Shown: positions 1 to 10,058 of the stretch, piece after piece
Layout of the letters: each line of letters starts with the position of its first letter
Position numbering within the stretch: the first letter of the stretch is position 1
IMG/VR virus record: IMGVR_UViG_3300020578_000052
Span: 6,489-70,488 of that record
DNA length: 64,000 bases
Strand: one strand, 5' to 3'
Source of the DNA: a virus
The notes under the pieces: model-generated
Databases searched by the model: none
Seen by the model: the letters and a program-made list of their open reading frames with translations, nothing else
What the model was told of the DNA's origin: nothing
Made by a program: the position numbers and the translations under genes

Positions 1-2152
1 CAAAAAATCCAGTTGTTAGCTTTCTTTGGTTAAGCAAGAAATCTCTCATGTAACTGAAGTCAGTTGGATCAAATCCTTGACCAACTAACTTTGACTCAAG
101 AACAGATTGGGTTATTCTTCTTCCATCTTTTTGCAGTAGAGGTATACCAAGTGTTTGTGCAGTTTTTCTTTGAAGGAAAGTTTGTTTACTTTCTGATATT
201 GGTCCAATAAAGTCTAGGTAACTTTGCTTAGCCGGCTTCAAAACATCTGAAGCTATCTCTGGCATTGAACCAACTCTGAATTGATTCCAATTGCTTCTAA
301 TTTTTTCGTTAAGAGATCTTCTAAATTCCTCCGATACAAAAAGCCTATCTACTTCTTCTATAGATTCTTTTAGCGCTTGACCATTACCAATTGCAGCTTG
401 GAAATCTTTTCCACCTTTAACGCCCCTAAATCTTTCTAGGATATCGTCAAAAAAAGTGTCTGCGTCGTCGCTAAATTGTGTTTTTCTACCTAAAGAAATC
501 CTGTTTGTTACTTCAGAAGCTACTTTACTTGAAGGAAGGTTGTTTATTTTTATTTGAGCAACAAAACTATCTGCGGCTTTTTGATCTATACCCTTTACGT
601 TTACTAAATGTCTGGATAATTGATTTTTATATTCATCTTCTAAAGATCTTATATAAAAATCACTTCCTTTAAATCTTTGCGTATCAGGACCTCCAGCGCC
701 AAGCCTATAAAAATCTTGACTAAGTCTGGTAAGTTTACTTGAATGTTGAGACTGAACTGCATTAATTGCTTTATTTAAAATTTCATCTGCAGAAGTTCCA
801 TCTAAGCCCCTTAGTTTTAATCTACTTGCGTTTTCAGCTAGTGCAGTAGTAAATGCATCGTCTGTTGAGTATCCAAACTTTTCAACAAGTTTTCCTAGTG
901 CTTGTTCTTTTGTAAGTCTTCCAGAAACAACATCATGAGCCACACCTAAAGCTTTGAATTGATTTTTTCCTGCGGCAATTCCTACGCCTGCGCCTTTAAA
1001 CGTTGGAAATACGTCAAGTATTCCTATTCCATCCTCAGTTGTTCCAGTAAAAAATCCTCTGGCCCTAGCGGTCATCACCTTAAGTCTCTTAGACCTGTCA
1101 GCGTTGGACATATCTTGAACAGCTTGTTTTGCTCCGTGTCTGGCTGCCCTTAAAGACTGAACAAATTCTGGCTGAGAATTGCCAGCTTCAGATACGCCCG
1201 CAGCAAATGCGCCACTTGCTTGAGAAGACATCTTGAGAACTTTATTGGTCATTCCTGCTATATCTTGACCAACTTCAGCGAGCAGTGATCTAATATCTAT
1301 CGCAGCGTTTGCTGCTTTTCTTTGAATGGGAGACAAAGCCCTAAGGTCATTCATTGACCCAGCTAATGTTGTGAGCGAACTTCTTCCAGCTGCTCCAGCT
1401 GCCCCTACAGCCTCAAAAGGCAATATTATTGTTGCAAGGTTTAAGGTAGACTGCTTTACAAAGTCAGAGATTACGTCTGCTGGATTATACCAATTTAATC
1501 TCTTCTTCTCTTGATCCTGTCCGAATAATGGTTCAGTAACTGCTCTTTGAGTTACGTACAGTGCAGGTAGCTCATATGGCATTCTTCTGGCAGCTCTGAC
1601 AAGCCTAACCTGTAGCTCGTCTCTCATCGTCCAGGCTTCAGCAGACTCAGAGGTTAAGCCTCTAGCAGAACTTCTTGCACCTTCTTGACTTAGAGGCCTA
1701 AAGAACTTCCTTCTACCTAAAGTGGGGTTATAACCAGTTGTTAGTTTTCCATCAACTTCATAAACAGCCTTAAGATATGGATCATCTACTCCGTCAATGC
1801 TTCGGTGCATTGCACTGAGGTTGTCTAGTTCTTTTCTTATTTCAGTAATACTTCTTATTGCCCTGGTGGAAAGGGCATCCGTTCTTCCGGCTGTTACGGC
1901 TGAATCAGAAGACCTTTGTAGAGCTTGACCTAGTTTTAATCCACCAGATTTTGTTAACCTTGAAGCAAGAGTTGTAACAAGCATTGCTGTGCCAGCAGAT
2001 GCAAAAAAACGCATCATAGGATGCGCATCTAAAGCCTTTGCTACATAGCCTGAATTAGGACTGGGTGTTTCTGTTTCACCCTCTCTAGACGGCATATCTC
2101 TAGAGGAGACCCCATGCCCTAAATTATGTATAGGTCCTTTGTCCCTAAACAT
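1..2152 (-). CDS. Large virion protein, tape-measure-like (5' part; runs off window start)
   Basis: ATG at 2152 with AGGAGG RBS (MFRDKGPIHNLGHG...); frame appears open to the window edge; Ala/Gly/Arg-rich helical sequence; directly downstream of the tail chaperones. Confidence 0.65.
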   Translation of the reverse strand, partial: MFRDKGPIHNLGHGVSSRDMPSREGETETPSPNSGYVAKALDAHPMMRFFASAGTAMLVTTLASRLTKSGGLKLGQALQRSSDSAVTAGRTDALSTRAIRSITEIRKELDNLSAMHRSIDGVDDPYLKAVYEVDGKLTTGYNPTLGRRKFFRPLSQEGARSSARGLTSESAEAWTMRDELQVRLVRAARRMPYELPALYVTQRAVTEPLFGQDQEKKRLNWYNPADVISDFVKQSTLNLATIILPFEAVGAAGAAGRSSLTTLAGSMNDLRALSPIQRKAANAAIDIRSLLAEVGQDIAGMTNKVLKMSSQASGAFAAGVSEAGNSQPEFVQSLRAARHGAKQAVQDMSNADRSKRLKVMTARARGFFTGTTEDGIGILDVFPTFKGAGVGIAAGKNQFKALGVAHDVVSGRLTKEQALGKLVEKFGYSTDDAFTTALAENASRLKLRGLDGTSADEILNKAINAVQSQHSSKLTRLSQDFYRLGAGGPDTQRFKGSDFYIRSLEDEYKNQLSRHLVNVKGIDQKAADSFVAQIKINNLPSSKVASEVTNRISLGRKTQFSDDADTFFDDILERFRGVKGGKDFQAAIGNGQALKESIEEVDRLFVSEEFRRSLNEKIRSNWNQFRVGSMPEIASDVLKPAKQSYLDFIGPISESKQTFLQRKTAQTLGIPLLQKDGRRITQSVLESKLVGQGFDPTDFSYMRDFLLNQRKLTTGFF

Positions 2153-2165
2153 ATAGTCCTCCTAA

Positions 2166-2792
2166 TTACATTGCCCCCCAAAGCTTTCTGGCAACTGGGT
2201 CTTCGTAAGATGCTTCGCCCTGCTTTCTTGAAGCATTGTAGTTTGCGGCTTTTGTTTGTTCTTTCTTTACTTCTTCTTCTGGATCTATTAGCTCTAGTTT
2301 AACATTTGTAGCTTCAATGCCGTATATGTTTTGTTGAATTTCAATTATTTTTTCTGCTAGAGCAACTCTTTCTGAAAGTTGAGAAAAAGTCATATTATCA
2401 AGATCTTCTGGAGAATATGTATTTATAGTAGCCAAAACAAAGGCTTTCATTAAGCTTCTAACCTCTCCAGCAATTTGCCTTTTTGAGTCAAGTATTCTTT
2501 TTGCAACCCTTGCAGACTGGAAACCTGATGCATCGAGAACTTCTTGTGCGACTGAAGATACCATTCCAGCAGGGATCTTGTATATATCAAAACCTTCTGG
2601 ATATACAATTGTAGCTTTTAAAATTTCATCTTCTGCGTCGGCGGAAGAAAAGCCTTGAGACTGTCCTATTAGAGAAATTTTATCAAACTCAGCAAATGTT
2701 AGTTCCCTGAATAACAAATCAGTCCCCTTTACATTAACTGCGTAAAGGGGACCGTATTTTTGCTTAAGTTCTAAGAGAACTTCATTGTCCAT
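2166..2792 (-). CDS. Tail assembly chaperone-like protein
   Basis: Lies between tube genes and tape measure; shares 'YG.lY...FR.L...E' and 'L.ASGF' with the adjacent ORF. Confidence 0.55.
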   Translation of the reverse strand: MDNEVLLELKQKYGPLYAVNVKGTDLLFRELTFAEFDKISLIGQSQGFSSADAEDEILKATIVYPEGFDIYKIPAGMVSSVAQEVLDASGFQSARVAKRILDSKRQIAGEVRSLMKAFVLATINTYSPEDLDNMTFSQLSERVALAEKIIEIQQNIYGIEATNVKLELIDPEEEVKKEQTKAANYNASRKQGEASYEDPVARKLWGAM

Positions 2793-2795
2793 AAA

Positions 2796-3299
2796 TTATA
2801 ACTGACGGACCTCTAGGGCAACGAAGCCAGAAGCTTCTAATATTTCCTGAGACAGAAGCGACGGTAGACCTGCCATCTCGTTTGAGAGAGCAATTTTGTC
2901 ATACGATGGGAAGAGCAAACAGATTTCAGTAATAGCCTCTTCATTCCATAAATTAGCTTCTGCAGTTGACATTTGCCCTGCCTGAACAAGTTGCTCCATT
3001 TTTTTTACAAGCTGCTTATATTCATTTCTATTTAGAGTTCTCCAAACAATGTGTTTGTCAAATGTAATAGATGTTACATATACATCTCCAAACGTTGATT
3101 TCCACTGTTTAATCTGACCAGCAGTTGGGCCACCGTCCCAAATATGCTCATCATCGGCAAGATCTTCAACGGTCATACCCTTTTCGTCATCATAAACGCC
3201 TTCTTCATCTTCTAATGAAAGAACCTCATATTCTTCAGCACCAAGCTCTTTTTTTGTAGCCTCATCAGTAGTAATGACTACCTTCTTTTGACCTGACAT
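2796..3299 (-). CDS. Tail assembly chaperone
   Basis: 'WKSTFGDVY...WRTLNRNEY...ILEASGF' pattern, acidic, synteny. Confidence 0.6.
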   Translation of the reverse strand: MSGQKKVVITTDEATKKELGAEEYEVLSLEDEEGVYDDEKGMTVEDLADDEHIWDGGPTAGQIKQWKSTFGDVYVTSITFDKHIVWRTLNRNEYKQLVKKMEQLVQAGQMSTAEANLWNEEAITEICLLFPSYDKIALSNEMAGLPSLLSQEILEASGFVALEVRQL

Positions 3300-3353
3300 T
3301 TTTTCTCCTTTTACGCAATTAGATTATTGCCTTAATTATATCATGTTTCTATA

Positions 3354-4388
3354 CTAAACTGTGTATTCGCCATTGTTAAAAACAACTCCAGATGTAACGG
3401 TTTCAGTGGTTACATTCTGAGTAGTATATTCTTTTTCTGTCTGATCTGGAGTGGTAGCTCGTTGACCGGTAACCGCATTGTCCCCTACTCTTGCGTCTGT
3501 AAAATACATGTCTCTAGCTACGAATTGATAGTTTTCTACTAGCGGTTGACCGCCACTTGCGTAAGAGGTTGTCATAGACATTAAATTAATATTTTGAATA
3601 ACTAATTTCATGGGAGATGAAGTAGAAAGATCGGTTAAAGTCTTGCGTTCATTATAATCCGTTGCCAAAATTCTGTCTGAGTTTAATTGTCTATTTATGT
3701 TATTTGCAGAATCATATGTAACTATTTTGTTATTAGTTACAGCGTCTTCTTCTACTCCATAAAATATAATTAAATTAAAAGGTGGATGAGCGCTAAAGAT
3801 ATTATGACCTGCACCTTGGCCCTCGATTAAAGTTCTAGACATTGGATCCGAAGTAATCCTATCAAGCTCTGAATTAAGCCAGTATTTTTGAATATTAATT
3901 TCATCATCTTTTCTAGCTTGGTCAGTGGAATTTCCCAGAGTGCTTCTAACTGCGAATGATGGGTTAGAACTAGAGCTTTCCATTCTTACCTTAGCTGCTT
4001 GTTCTAGTAAATCTGTCATTCTTCTTGGATACCTGGAATAAACTGAAAGCTCACCAGTAATCAGCCTGGTGCCTAGCATCATGGCATCATAGTTATATGA
4101 CCAGAAACCATATAAAGGTTGCTTTTCTTGCTTTACAACAAAGGCCATTGAAGCAATGTCCATTTCATCTTTTGGATCAAAAAGACCGTCTATGTATACC
4201 TTGACATCTTCTCCTGAAAAGAAATAATCATAATAACTATTAAATCTTTCGTCAGTTCTTTGACCACCCCACTCAAGATCTATTGCTTCGTTTATAGGGT
4301 CAAAAAAATTATCGCCTTCTTTTAAATTCCTTGGCATATATGCAGTAAAAGGCCTATATGGAGCTCTTCTATATTGTTCTGCTGGCAT
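3354..4388 (-). CDS. Tail tube-like virion protein (paralog 3; possible tube initiator)
   Basis: 'FSGEDV...KQPLYG...GTRLITGEL...PPFNL' aligns with 5195..5887. Confidence 0.6.
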   Translation of the reverse strand: MPAEQYRRAPYRPFTAYMPRNLKEGDNFFDPINEAIDLEWGGQRTDERFNSYYDYFFSGEDVKVYIDGLFDPKDEMDIASMAFVVKQEKQPLYGFWSYNYDAMMLGTRLITGELSVYSRYPRRMTDLLEQAAKVRMESSSSNPSFAVRSTLGNSTDQARKDDEINIQKYWLNSELDRITSDPMSRTLIEGQGAGHNIFSAHPPFNLIIFYGVEEDAVTNNKIVTYDSANNINRQLNSDRILATDYNERKTLTDLSTSSPMKLVIQNINLMSMTTSYASGGQPLVENYQFVARDMYFTDARVGDNAVTGQRATTPDQTEKEYTTQNVTTETVTSGVVFNNGEYTV

Positions 4389-5114
4389 TTAGTTTGCTAT
4401 CCTTGAGTTAATAAAATTCTTATAAAGTTCTATTCTATCACCAAAAAAATTTGTTGATATATCAGTTTCCATCTTACTCATATCGTCGGAACTGTTAGAA
4501 TAAATGTTTCTATCCTCTATAGGATCTATGTGCATTAAAGGCTGTATGCCTCTTGCCATATAAGTATATGTCTGTTCCGTAATGAGGTCATCTACAGACA
4601 TAGTTTGACCTTCGTCAACTATAGTAACTCCGTATATTTTCATTTTAGCAGCTAAACCATATTCATTAAAGAATGTTAAAACAATATCAAAAGGTGGTAG
4701 CATATCTGCTAGCGGAGCATAGTTTTTTTCTGCTAAGGTTTTTTTGAAGCTTTTTATTCTATAAAATGCGTATTCATTAAATACGGTAAAAATTAAAGAA
4801 CCAGCTATTGTCCTAGAGCCCTTCACAAATCCCCTAGGATTTACGTGCCCAAGAGTTCTGATTGGGCTATTCTCTCTGTGTATGGAATATGAAATTGTTT
4901 GAATTTCACCAAGTTCAATAAAGTCTCCAACATCACTTGAAGTTTGGGTTCCCATTCTAGGCAAAATCATTGTAGCTTGAATGTCAACGCCAGCAAAAGA
5001 CATGTTTGAGAATGGGTCTGGAAGATTTTTTTCTCTTCTAATTGACTCAATCTGATTACCGTAGTCAATTATTCTTTTTTGTTCTATTTTAAGTTTTTCA
5101 ATATCTTTGTACAT
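4389..5114 (-). CDS. Tail tube-like virion protein (paralog 2)
   Basis: 'FAGVDI...RGFVKGSRTIAGSLIFTVF...PPFDI...NEYG' closely matches the motifs of 5195..5887. Confidence 0.65.
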   Translation of the reverse strand: MYKDIEKLKIEQKRIIDYGNQIESIRREKNLPDPFSNMSFAGVDIQATMILPRMGTQTSSDVGDFIELGEIQTISYSIHRENSPIRTLGHVNPRGFVKGSRTIAGSLIFTVFNEYAFYRIKSFKKTLAEKNYAPLADMLPPFDIVLTFFNEYGLAAKMKIYGVTIVDEGQTMSVDDLITEQTYTYMARGIQPLMHIDPIEDRNIYSNSSDDMSKMETDISTNFFGDRIELYKNFINSRIAN

Positions 5115-5132
5115 TTTACTCCGATAAAAACT

Positions 5133-5165
5133 AAAACGTGGAGGACAAACTAGTCATCCTCCACG
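5133..5165 (-). terminator. Rho-independent terminator after the tail tube gene
   Basis: CGTGGAGGA/TCCTCCACG stem followed by T-run on the minus strand. Confidence 0.75.
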
Positions 5166-5194
5166 CTTTAGCTATTAAGACTTAACCTTAAGAA

Positions 5195-5887
5195 TTATGG
5201 TCTAATGATTTCTGAGTTTAGACCGCTTGAGGTTACTGCGTCCTTAGAAATAATGTCAGACAAGCTGCCACCAAATCTGCTCAACTGTGCGTTAGAAATG
5301 GTGTACATAGGACCAATCTCACGAGCTACGTAGGTCATTGTCTCTTCAATGACGATGTCGTCCATTGAAGCGCCAGAACCCTCGTTTAGAAGCTCAACGC
5401 CGTAAATTGATCTTACTGCACCTTGACCATACTCGTTGACAAAAGTAATTGTAATGTCAAATGGTGGAATCTGGTCAGCATAGTAAGGAACTTTACTTAC
5501 AACGTCTCTCGTTTGGTCGTCAAACTCAGCAATGCCTCTTCTGTGTGAAGGATCACCTGGAAGTGTGTTGCTTGATCTTGTCCAAAACTTCATTTCCTGG
5601 GAAGTTCCATAATGTGTCTCTAGCATTGTGTAAAGAGCTGGGCGGTCAAAGACTGTGAAAATCAATGAACCAGCGATACCTCTTTTACCTCTGGAGAATG
5701 ATCTTGGGTTTGGTGAACCCATGGTGTAAATTGGGGCTTTTTCTCTTGTCACTGAGAAAGTAATACCTGAAAGTGCTCCAATCTCCTTACCGCCAAAGGT
5801 GGCAACAATATCTGCTCCGGAGAAAGTGGTGTATGTATTAAGGTATTTGTTAACCGGTGAATCGTAGTACTCGCCTGCTGCTGGCAT
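5195..5887 (-). CDS. Major tail tube protein
   Basis: Follows sheath and precedes a terminator; 'FSGADI...REKAPIYTMG...GKRGIAGSLIF' motif. Confidence 0.7.
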   Translation of the reverse strand: MPAAGEYYDSPVNKYLNTYTTFSGADIVATFGGKEIGALSGITFSVTREKAPIYTMGSPNPRSFSRGKRGIAGSLIFTVFDRPALYTMLETHYGTSQEMKFWTRSSNTLPGDPSHRRGIAEFDDQTRDVVSKVPYYADQIPPFDITITFVNEYGQGAVRSIYGVELLNEGSGASMDDIVIEETMTYVAREIGPMYTISNAQLSRFGGSLSDIISKDAVTSSGLNSEIIRP

Positions 5888-5918
5888 CTGTGTACCCTCC
5901 TATCTTATAATGTTAATA

Positions 5919-7205
5919 TTAAAGGTTAACTGCTATTTGAACTTCAATTGACTTAAGTTCAAATGCTGGTGTTAGCACTAGATCAACAAGGGCCTTGTTC
6001 TCTGTTGGAATGTAACTTACTGTGAAGTCACTGTCAAGAAGGGCGCCAAGTTGTTGCATGCCACGTAGGCCCGAGGTAATAGCTGTCTCCATCGAGCTAC
6101 GAACTTGCATTGTTGAAGGTTCACCGATGAACTTCTGGCAAACCTGACGGACTACAAGAGAAACCTCATTAATAATTCTTGAGGTTGAAACTCTATTGTA
6201 ATCCGAAGATGCAGGAGCAAATGTCATGCCTTCTGCATATACTGGAATCTTATTAAAGTTAAGGACAATTGCGTTTACGCCCTTGTCGGTAATGCCAGTT
6301 GCTTGATCATTTGAAAGTTGTGTTCTTGTTGGGTTGTAACGAAGTCTTGTTACATTGAAAACAACTTTATTAACTGGACTTATGTAAGAAGCCATTCTAC
6401 TAAGAGAAGCAGCAAATGTAGTTGCGCCGTTGGCATAACCAAAATCGCTGTAGTTTTCTGAGCTGTAATTGACTGGCTTAACTTCTGCGGCAATGACAAC
6501 AACGTATCTACCGATGCCACCCCATGTGTAAGAGGAACCGCTTGTGGCGTTCTTATCTGGCAAGCGGGTAAGTGCTAGATGAGAAGACACATTGGCTGGA
6601 GTCATTACCTCTGCTGTTGCGGGAGTTGATCCAGTCCCAATCCATGGCCTAACACCCATCACTGCAATACATGGGTTTGTATTTTCACTAATCGACTTGA
6701 CTTTATTTGCAACCTTGTATGCCCAGTTGTTTGCTACAGTGGCTGTATTGTCAGCATGGAAGCCATACTCAACGTCGTCACTTGGTGTAGCTGGATCTTG
6801 CCAGTCTGATGTGACTCCACCTCGACCCCAAGGAACAATTATGTCTGGAAGTGACACTTCAGCGGCTGCAAATGCATTGTCAAATACATCTGAGCCACCA
6901 GAGGTTGCTGTACCATTGGTATGATTAAAAACTGTGTTACTTGGAAGGGGAACCATGTAGATTCTATCCGCACCTGCTGCAACAAGTTCCTTGTAGGACT
7001 TGTGCAGTTGTGAGCCCTCACCAAAAGCGGTGATGACATCTGATTCTTTAGTGACTTGAACTACGTCTAAGTCAGCTACGTTGCCAGTGCCATCGGCGGT
7101 ATTGCGCATGCCGATAACACAGATTCTTGGACCGACAGGAGAATCCTGTCTTGAGATGCTATAAAAGCGATCTTTTACGATTGTTTTAACGCCAGGTAGA
7201 GCCAT
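5919..7205 (-). CDS. Tail sheath protein
   Basis: 'MALPGV' start; C-terminal 'RVSTSRII...FIGEP...LTPAFELKSIEV' sheath-type domain. Confidence 0.8.
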   Translation of the reverse strand: MALPGVKTIVKDRFYSISRQDSPVGPRICVIGMRNTADGTGNVADLDVVQVTKESDVITAFGEGSQLHKSYKELVAAGADRIYMVPLPSNTVFNHTNGTATSGGSDVFDNAFAAAEVSLPDIIVPWGRGGVTSDWQDPATPSDDVEYGFHADNTATVANNWAYKVANKVKSISENTNPCIAVMGVRPWIGTGSTPATAEVMTPANVSSHLALTRLPDKNATSGSSYTWGGIGRYVVVIAAEVKPVNYSSENYSDFGYANGATTFAASLSRMASYISPVNKVVFNVTRLRYNPTRTQLSNDQATGITDKGVNAIVLNFNKIPVYAEGMTFAPASSDYNRVSTSRIINEVSLVVRQVCQKFIGEPSTMQVRSSMETAITSGLRGMQQLGALLDSDFTVSYIPTENKALVDLVLTPAFELKSIEVQIAVNL

Positions 7206-7255
7206 TGAATTTTAAACCTCCGGTTTGCAGTCTTTTGTAGGTCTAGTCTTAGTGT

Positions 7256-7262
7256 ATAGTAA
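7256..7262 (-). promoter_or_regulatory. Putative late promoter motif TTACTAT
   Basis: Same heptamer upstream of genes at 21587, 25212, 42732, 44556 (minus) and 46450 (plus). Confidence 0.5.
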
Positions 7263-7282
7263 CGAACAACCTATAAAAACAA

Positions 7283-8023
7283 CTATGAACTAACATTTGG
7301 GGTGGAACTTTGATATAGGTCTATAATACTTACCTCTGTTCCATCAAAGTTAGGAGTTGCCATTTCAAATGGCTCTTTAACCAACTCTTTCTCATAGGCC
7401 ATATAAGTCCTTACGTCTATGGCTATTTTTTCTATAGTTCCAACCGAAGTAGCTATTAACTTTTCAGTAGTTAACATATATGTGACCGTTCTTTTAACTA
7501 GGTCAGTACTACCTTTGTTTTCTTCTGCATCAGCCAATCTTCTGGCATAAACAAACTCTGAAGCGCCTAATCTTTTAAAAACAGGAGTATACTCCAACAT
7601 AAAGTCTTCAAATACTTCCGCTAAAGAATCTGCGACTTCAGCTCCGTCATACCTGGATTCTGGAGCCCTAGTAGCTCCGCCCATTACTTTAGTGGTTATG
7701 GTAAAAGAAACTATATTTTGAAATCTCTGCCCAAATACCATGACATCATTTTCTACAACATGCCTACTTCTTGGCTTAGGCTCAACTGAGTGGGCCTTTC
7801 TTAGCTCTAGACCATAAACGATACAGGGATAGACAGCGTACTGAGCTGGTTGAGTTGGAACAATGGGAATATCTGGATGAAGATTTTCCCATAAAAGTTT
7901 AACAACAGAAACAAACTCTAAATAAGTTAAATTTCCTGCAGCTTGCAGTGGTGGACCAAATGTCCTATTGTTAGCAACTTCGTTTAGAGCTGGAAGTGGA
8001 AAACCAAATGCGTTCTGTGCCAT
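7283..8023 (-). CDS. Tail terminator/neck protein
   Basis: Synteny just upstream of sheath; size. Confidence 0.45.
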   Translation of the reverse strand: MAQNAFGFPLPALNEVANNRTFGPPLQAAGNLTYLEFVSVVKLLWENLHPDIPIVPTQPAQYAVYPCIVYGLELRKAHSVEPKPRSRHVVENDVMVFGQRFQNIVSFTITTKVMGGATRAPESRYDGAEVADSLAEVFEDFMLEYTPVFKRLGASEFVYARRLADAEENKGSTDLVKRTVTYMLTTEKLIATSVGTIEKIAIDVRTYMAYEKELVKEPFEMATPNFDGTEVSIIDLYQSSTPNVSS

Positions 8024-8025
8024 TT

Positions 8026-9681
8026 TTAAGCCGCCTTACCCGATGATATGCTGAAGGATAATTTTTTTAATCCCAAAGAAGATACAACACTGATATCAAA
8101 ATAAAGTTTTCCCTTTACCTCTTGATCACTATATGCTTCAAGAGTGTAATCTGATATTATATTATTGTATTTTAAAAATGATAAAAGACTTCTTACATCT
8201 TCTACTGCTTTTTGGGAAGAAAACTTACTTATATTATTATTAGATAAAGACTTTATCTCATTTACAAGCATTGCGCAAAGTCTAATCTGTGGAAGTTTTC
8301 TATAGTTTGATGTAGGGTGAGCCATAGTGTTGTCGTTAGTCAAATAAACTTGATAGGTATTACCTCTTCTGCTTCTAGAATTTCTAGTAAAAGTATTAAT
8401 CCCTATATTATCTAATCGATCAACTTGAGATTGATTTAAAGATATTCCGCTAAGTCCAAAAGCAGAAGGTACATTTTTTCTTATTAGACTCTGATTCACT
8501 GGATTGGAAGATATCATTCCAGCAGCGGTTGCTGCGGCAGAAGAGGTATATGTAATATTTAAAAAGTTATGATTAATGATTAATTCTCCATAAACTGGAA
8601 CTACAAATCTACCCATATCTCCTATTATTTGATTTTCAGAATCAAACAATGTATATCGATTTTTAAATATATTTTTACTTTCAAGTGCATCTATATCGGC
8701 TTCCGATATTCCACCAGTTCTACTACCAATAACCCCTATCTGAATCATTCCGCTCTTATTATGAAAGTCTTGACAATACATAGCTAATTGAGTAGTAAAA
8801 TCTATGGATCCCGTATTTAATATACTTGTTTCTAATGGAACTATTATATCTAAATAATCATAATCTTTTATAATTTCATAAGTTTTTTCTAGTCTAGACC
8901 AGTATCTTTGATAAAAGTTATAATTAATAGGAGTTGCATCGCCCATAGAGTAGAATGGTATCGCGGTATTTCTTTGGCTTAAGTCTTCAATGTATTCAGT
9001 CATTGGAGCGGCTGCACAAATATATATATCTCTAGCACCCGCTGCGTATGCATCAAATACGCCCCTTAATAAGGGTGAATTAACATTTGCCTTAAGAAGA
9101 TCTACTGCTTCTTGAACAGAGCCTATCCTAATAATATTGTTTAAGGCAATTCCGTCAGCGTGACCTATTAAAAGTATAGAGTTAGTCTTGTATTGTTCAA
9201 GAGTTTCATAAGCTGGAACAAATGATTGAACAATTTCTCTTTGACCAGATGCATATGCAGAAGACAACGCAGCGCTGGTTTGCGGCACTTGGAAGTGCGC
9301 TATATATTGTATTATTTTAGCTCCAGAATAGGTCGTAGCTAAAACTGAATAGTTGCCAGGAAATAAATTATTAGAAACTGTATAATAAAAACAAAATTTT
9401 GTTACATTTAGATTGGAAACATTTTGCCCTGGCGAGTCCCCAAAGTAACCATAGTATATAGTGCTATTTGTAATTTTTTGAATATAGTTACCACTTGGTG
9501 TAGCGTCTTGAAATAGATAAGAATAAGGACCATCTATAACGGTTCCCGACCCTGCGTCACCCCTATATACTGATACTAAAATATCAGAAGGAGTTGCTCC
9601 TGCTGTTGGGTCGTAAAAAGTATTATTTTCGTTAAAAATAAATTCAAAAGTACCAGTTTGGCCTGGAGATAATACTATCAT
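8026..9681 (-). CDS. Second sheath-like protein with extra N-terminal beta domain
   Basis: 'AYAAGARDIY' resembles sheath 'VAAGADRIY'; sheath-like C-terminus 'LDNIGINTF...YRKLPQIRL'. Confidence 0.55.
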   Translation of the reverse strand: MIVLSPGQTGTFEFIFNENNTFYDPTAGATPSDILVSVYRGDAGSGTVIDGPYSYLFQDATPSGNYIQKITNSTIYYGYFGDSPGQNVSNLNVTKFCFYYTVSNNLFPGNYSVLATTYSGAKIIQYIAHFQVPQTSAALSSAYASGQREIVQSFVPAYETLEQYKTNSILLIGHADGIALNNIIRIGSVQEAVDLLKANVNSPLLRGVFDAYAAGARDIYICAAAPMTEYIEDLSQRNTAIPFYSMGDATPINYNFYQRYWSRLEKTYEIIKDYDYLDIIVPLETSILNTGSIDFTTQLAMYCQDFHNKSGMIQIGVIGSRTGGISEADIDALESKNIFKNRYTLFDSENQIIGDMGRFVVPVYGELIINHNFLNITYTSSAAATAAGMISSNPVNQSLIRKNVPSAFGLSGISLNQSQVDRLDNIGINTFTRNSRSRRGNTYQVYLTNDNTMAHPTSNYRKLPQIRLCAMLVNEIKSLSNNNISKFSSQKAVEDVRSLLSFLKYNNIISDYTLEAYSDQEVKGKLYFDISVVSSLGLKKLSFSISSGKAA

Positions 9682-10058
9682 TAACTTGGCCTTTCCCTGG
9701 TAGCTCCAACTGTCCAGTATACTATTTTACCCATTCTACCTCTTACTGGAGCGGCAAAGTCAATCAAATAAACATTTGGATCATTAATATTAGAAGGAGA
9801 CTCTTCGTATATCCTGTCTCCTTGCTTTGGGTTGATTTCTGATTCAAAATAAAAAATTAAATCAATATTAGCAACAAAACCTTCATTATCTTCTTTTTGT
9901 GCCTGAGCAAGAGCTTCAGCGGACGGAAAAAAATGCCTTGTTGTTATTCTTTCAAGATTTGTAGAATATAGAAAATCATCAGACAGCCTTCTTTGCAAGA
10001 GGACATCATGACCATATTCTCTAAGGATTTTTCTAAAAGCTTTTTTTGGATCAATCAT
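9681..10058 (-). CDS. Head closure/head-tail joining protein
   Basis: 'LREYGHDVLL...PKQGDRI' pattern; start taken at ATG 10058. Confidence 0.5.
   Translation of the reverse strand: MIDPKKAFRKILREYGHDVLLQRRLSDDFLYSTNLERITTRHFFPSAEALAQAQKEDNEGFVANIDLIFYFESEINPKQGDRIYEESPSNINDPNVYLIDFAAPVRGRMGKIVYWTVGATRERPS

Noticed and set aside
2166-3299. Classic -1 tail-chaperone frameshift
   Set aside because: The two ORFs are in the same frame separated by TAA-TTT; no slippery heptamer is evident
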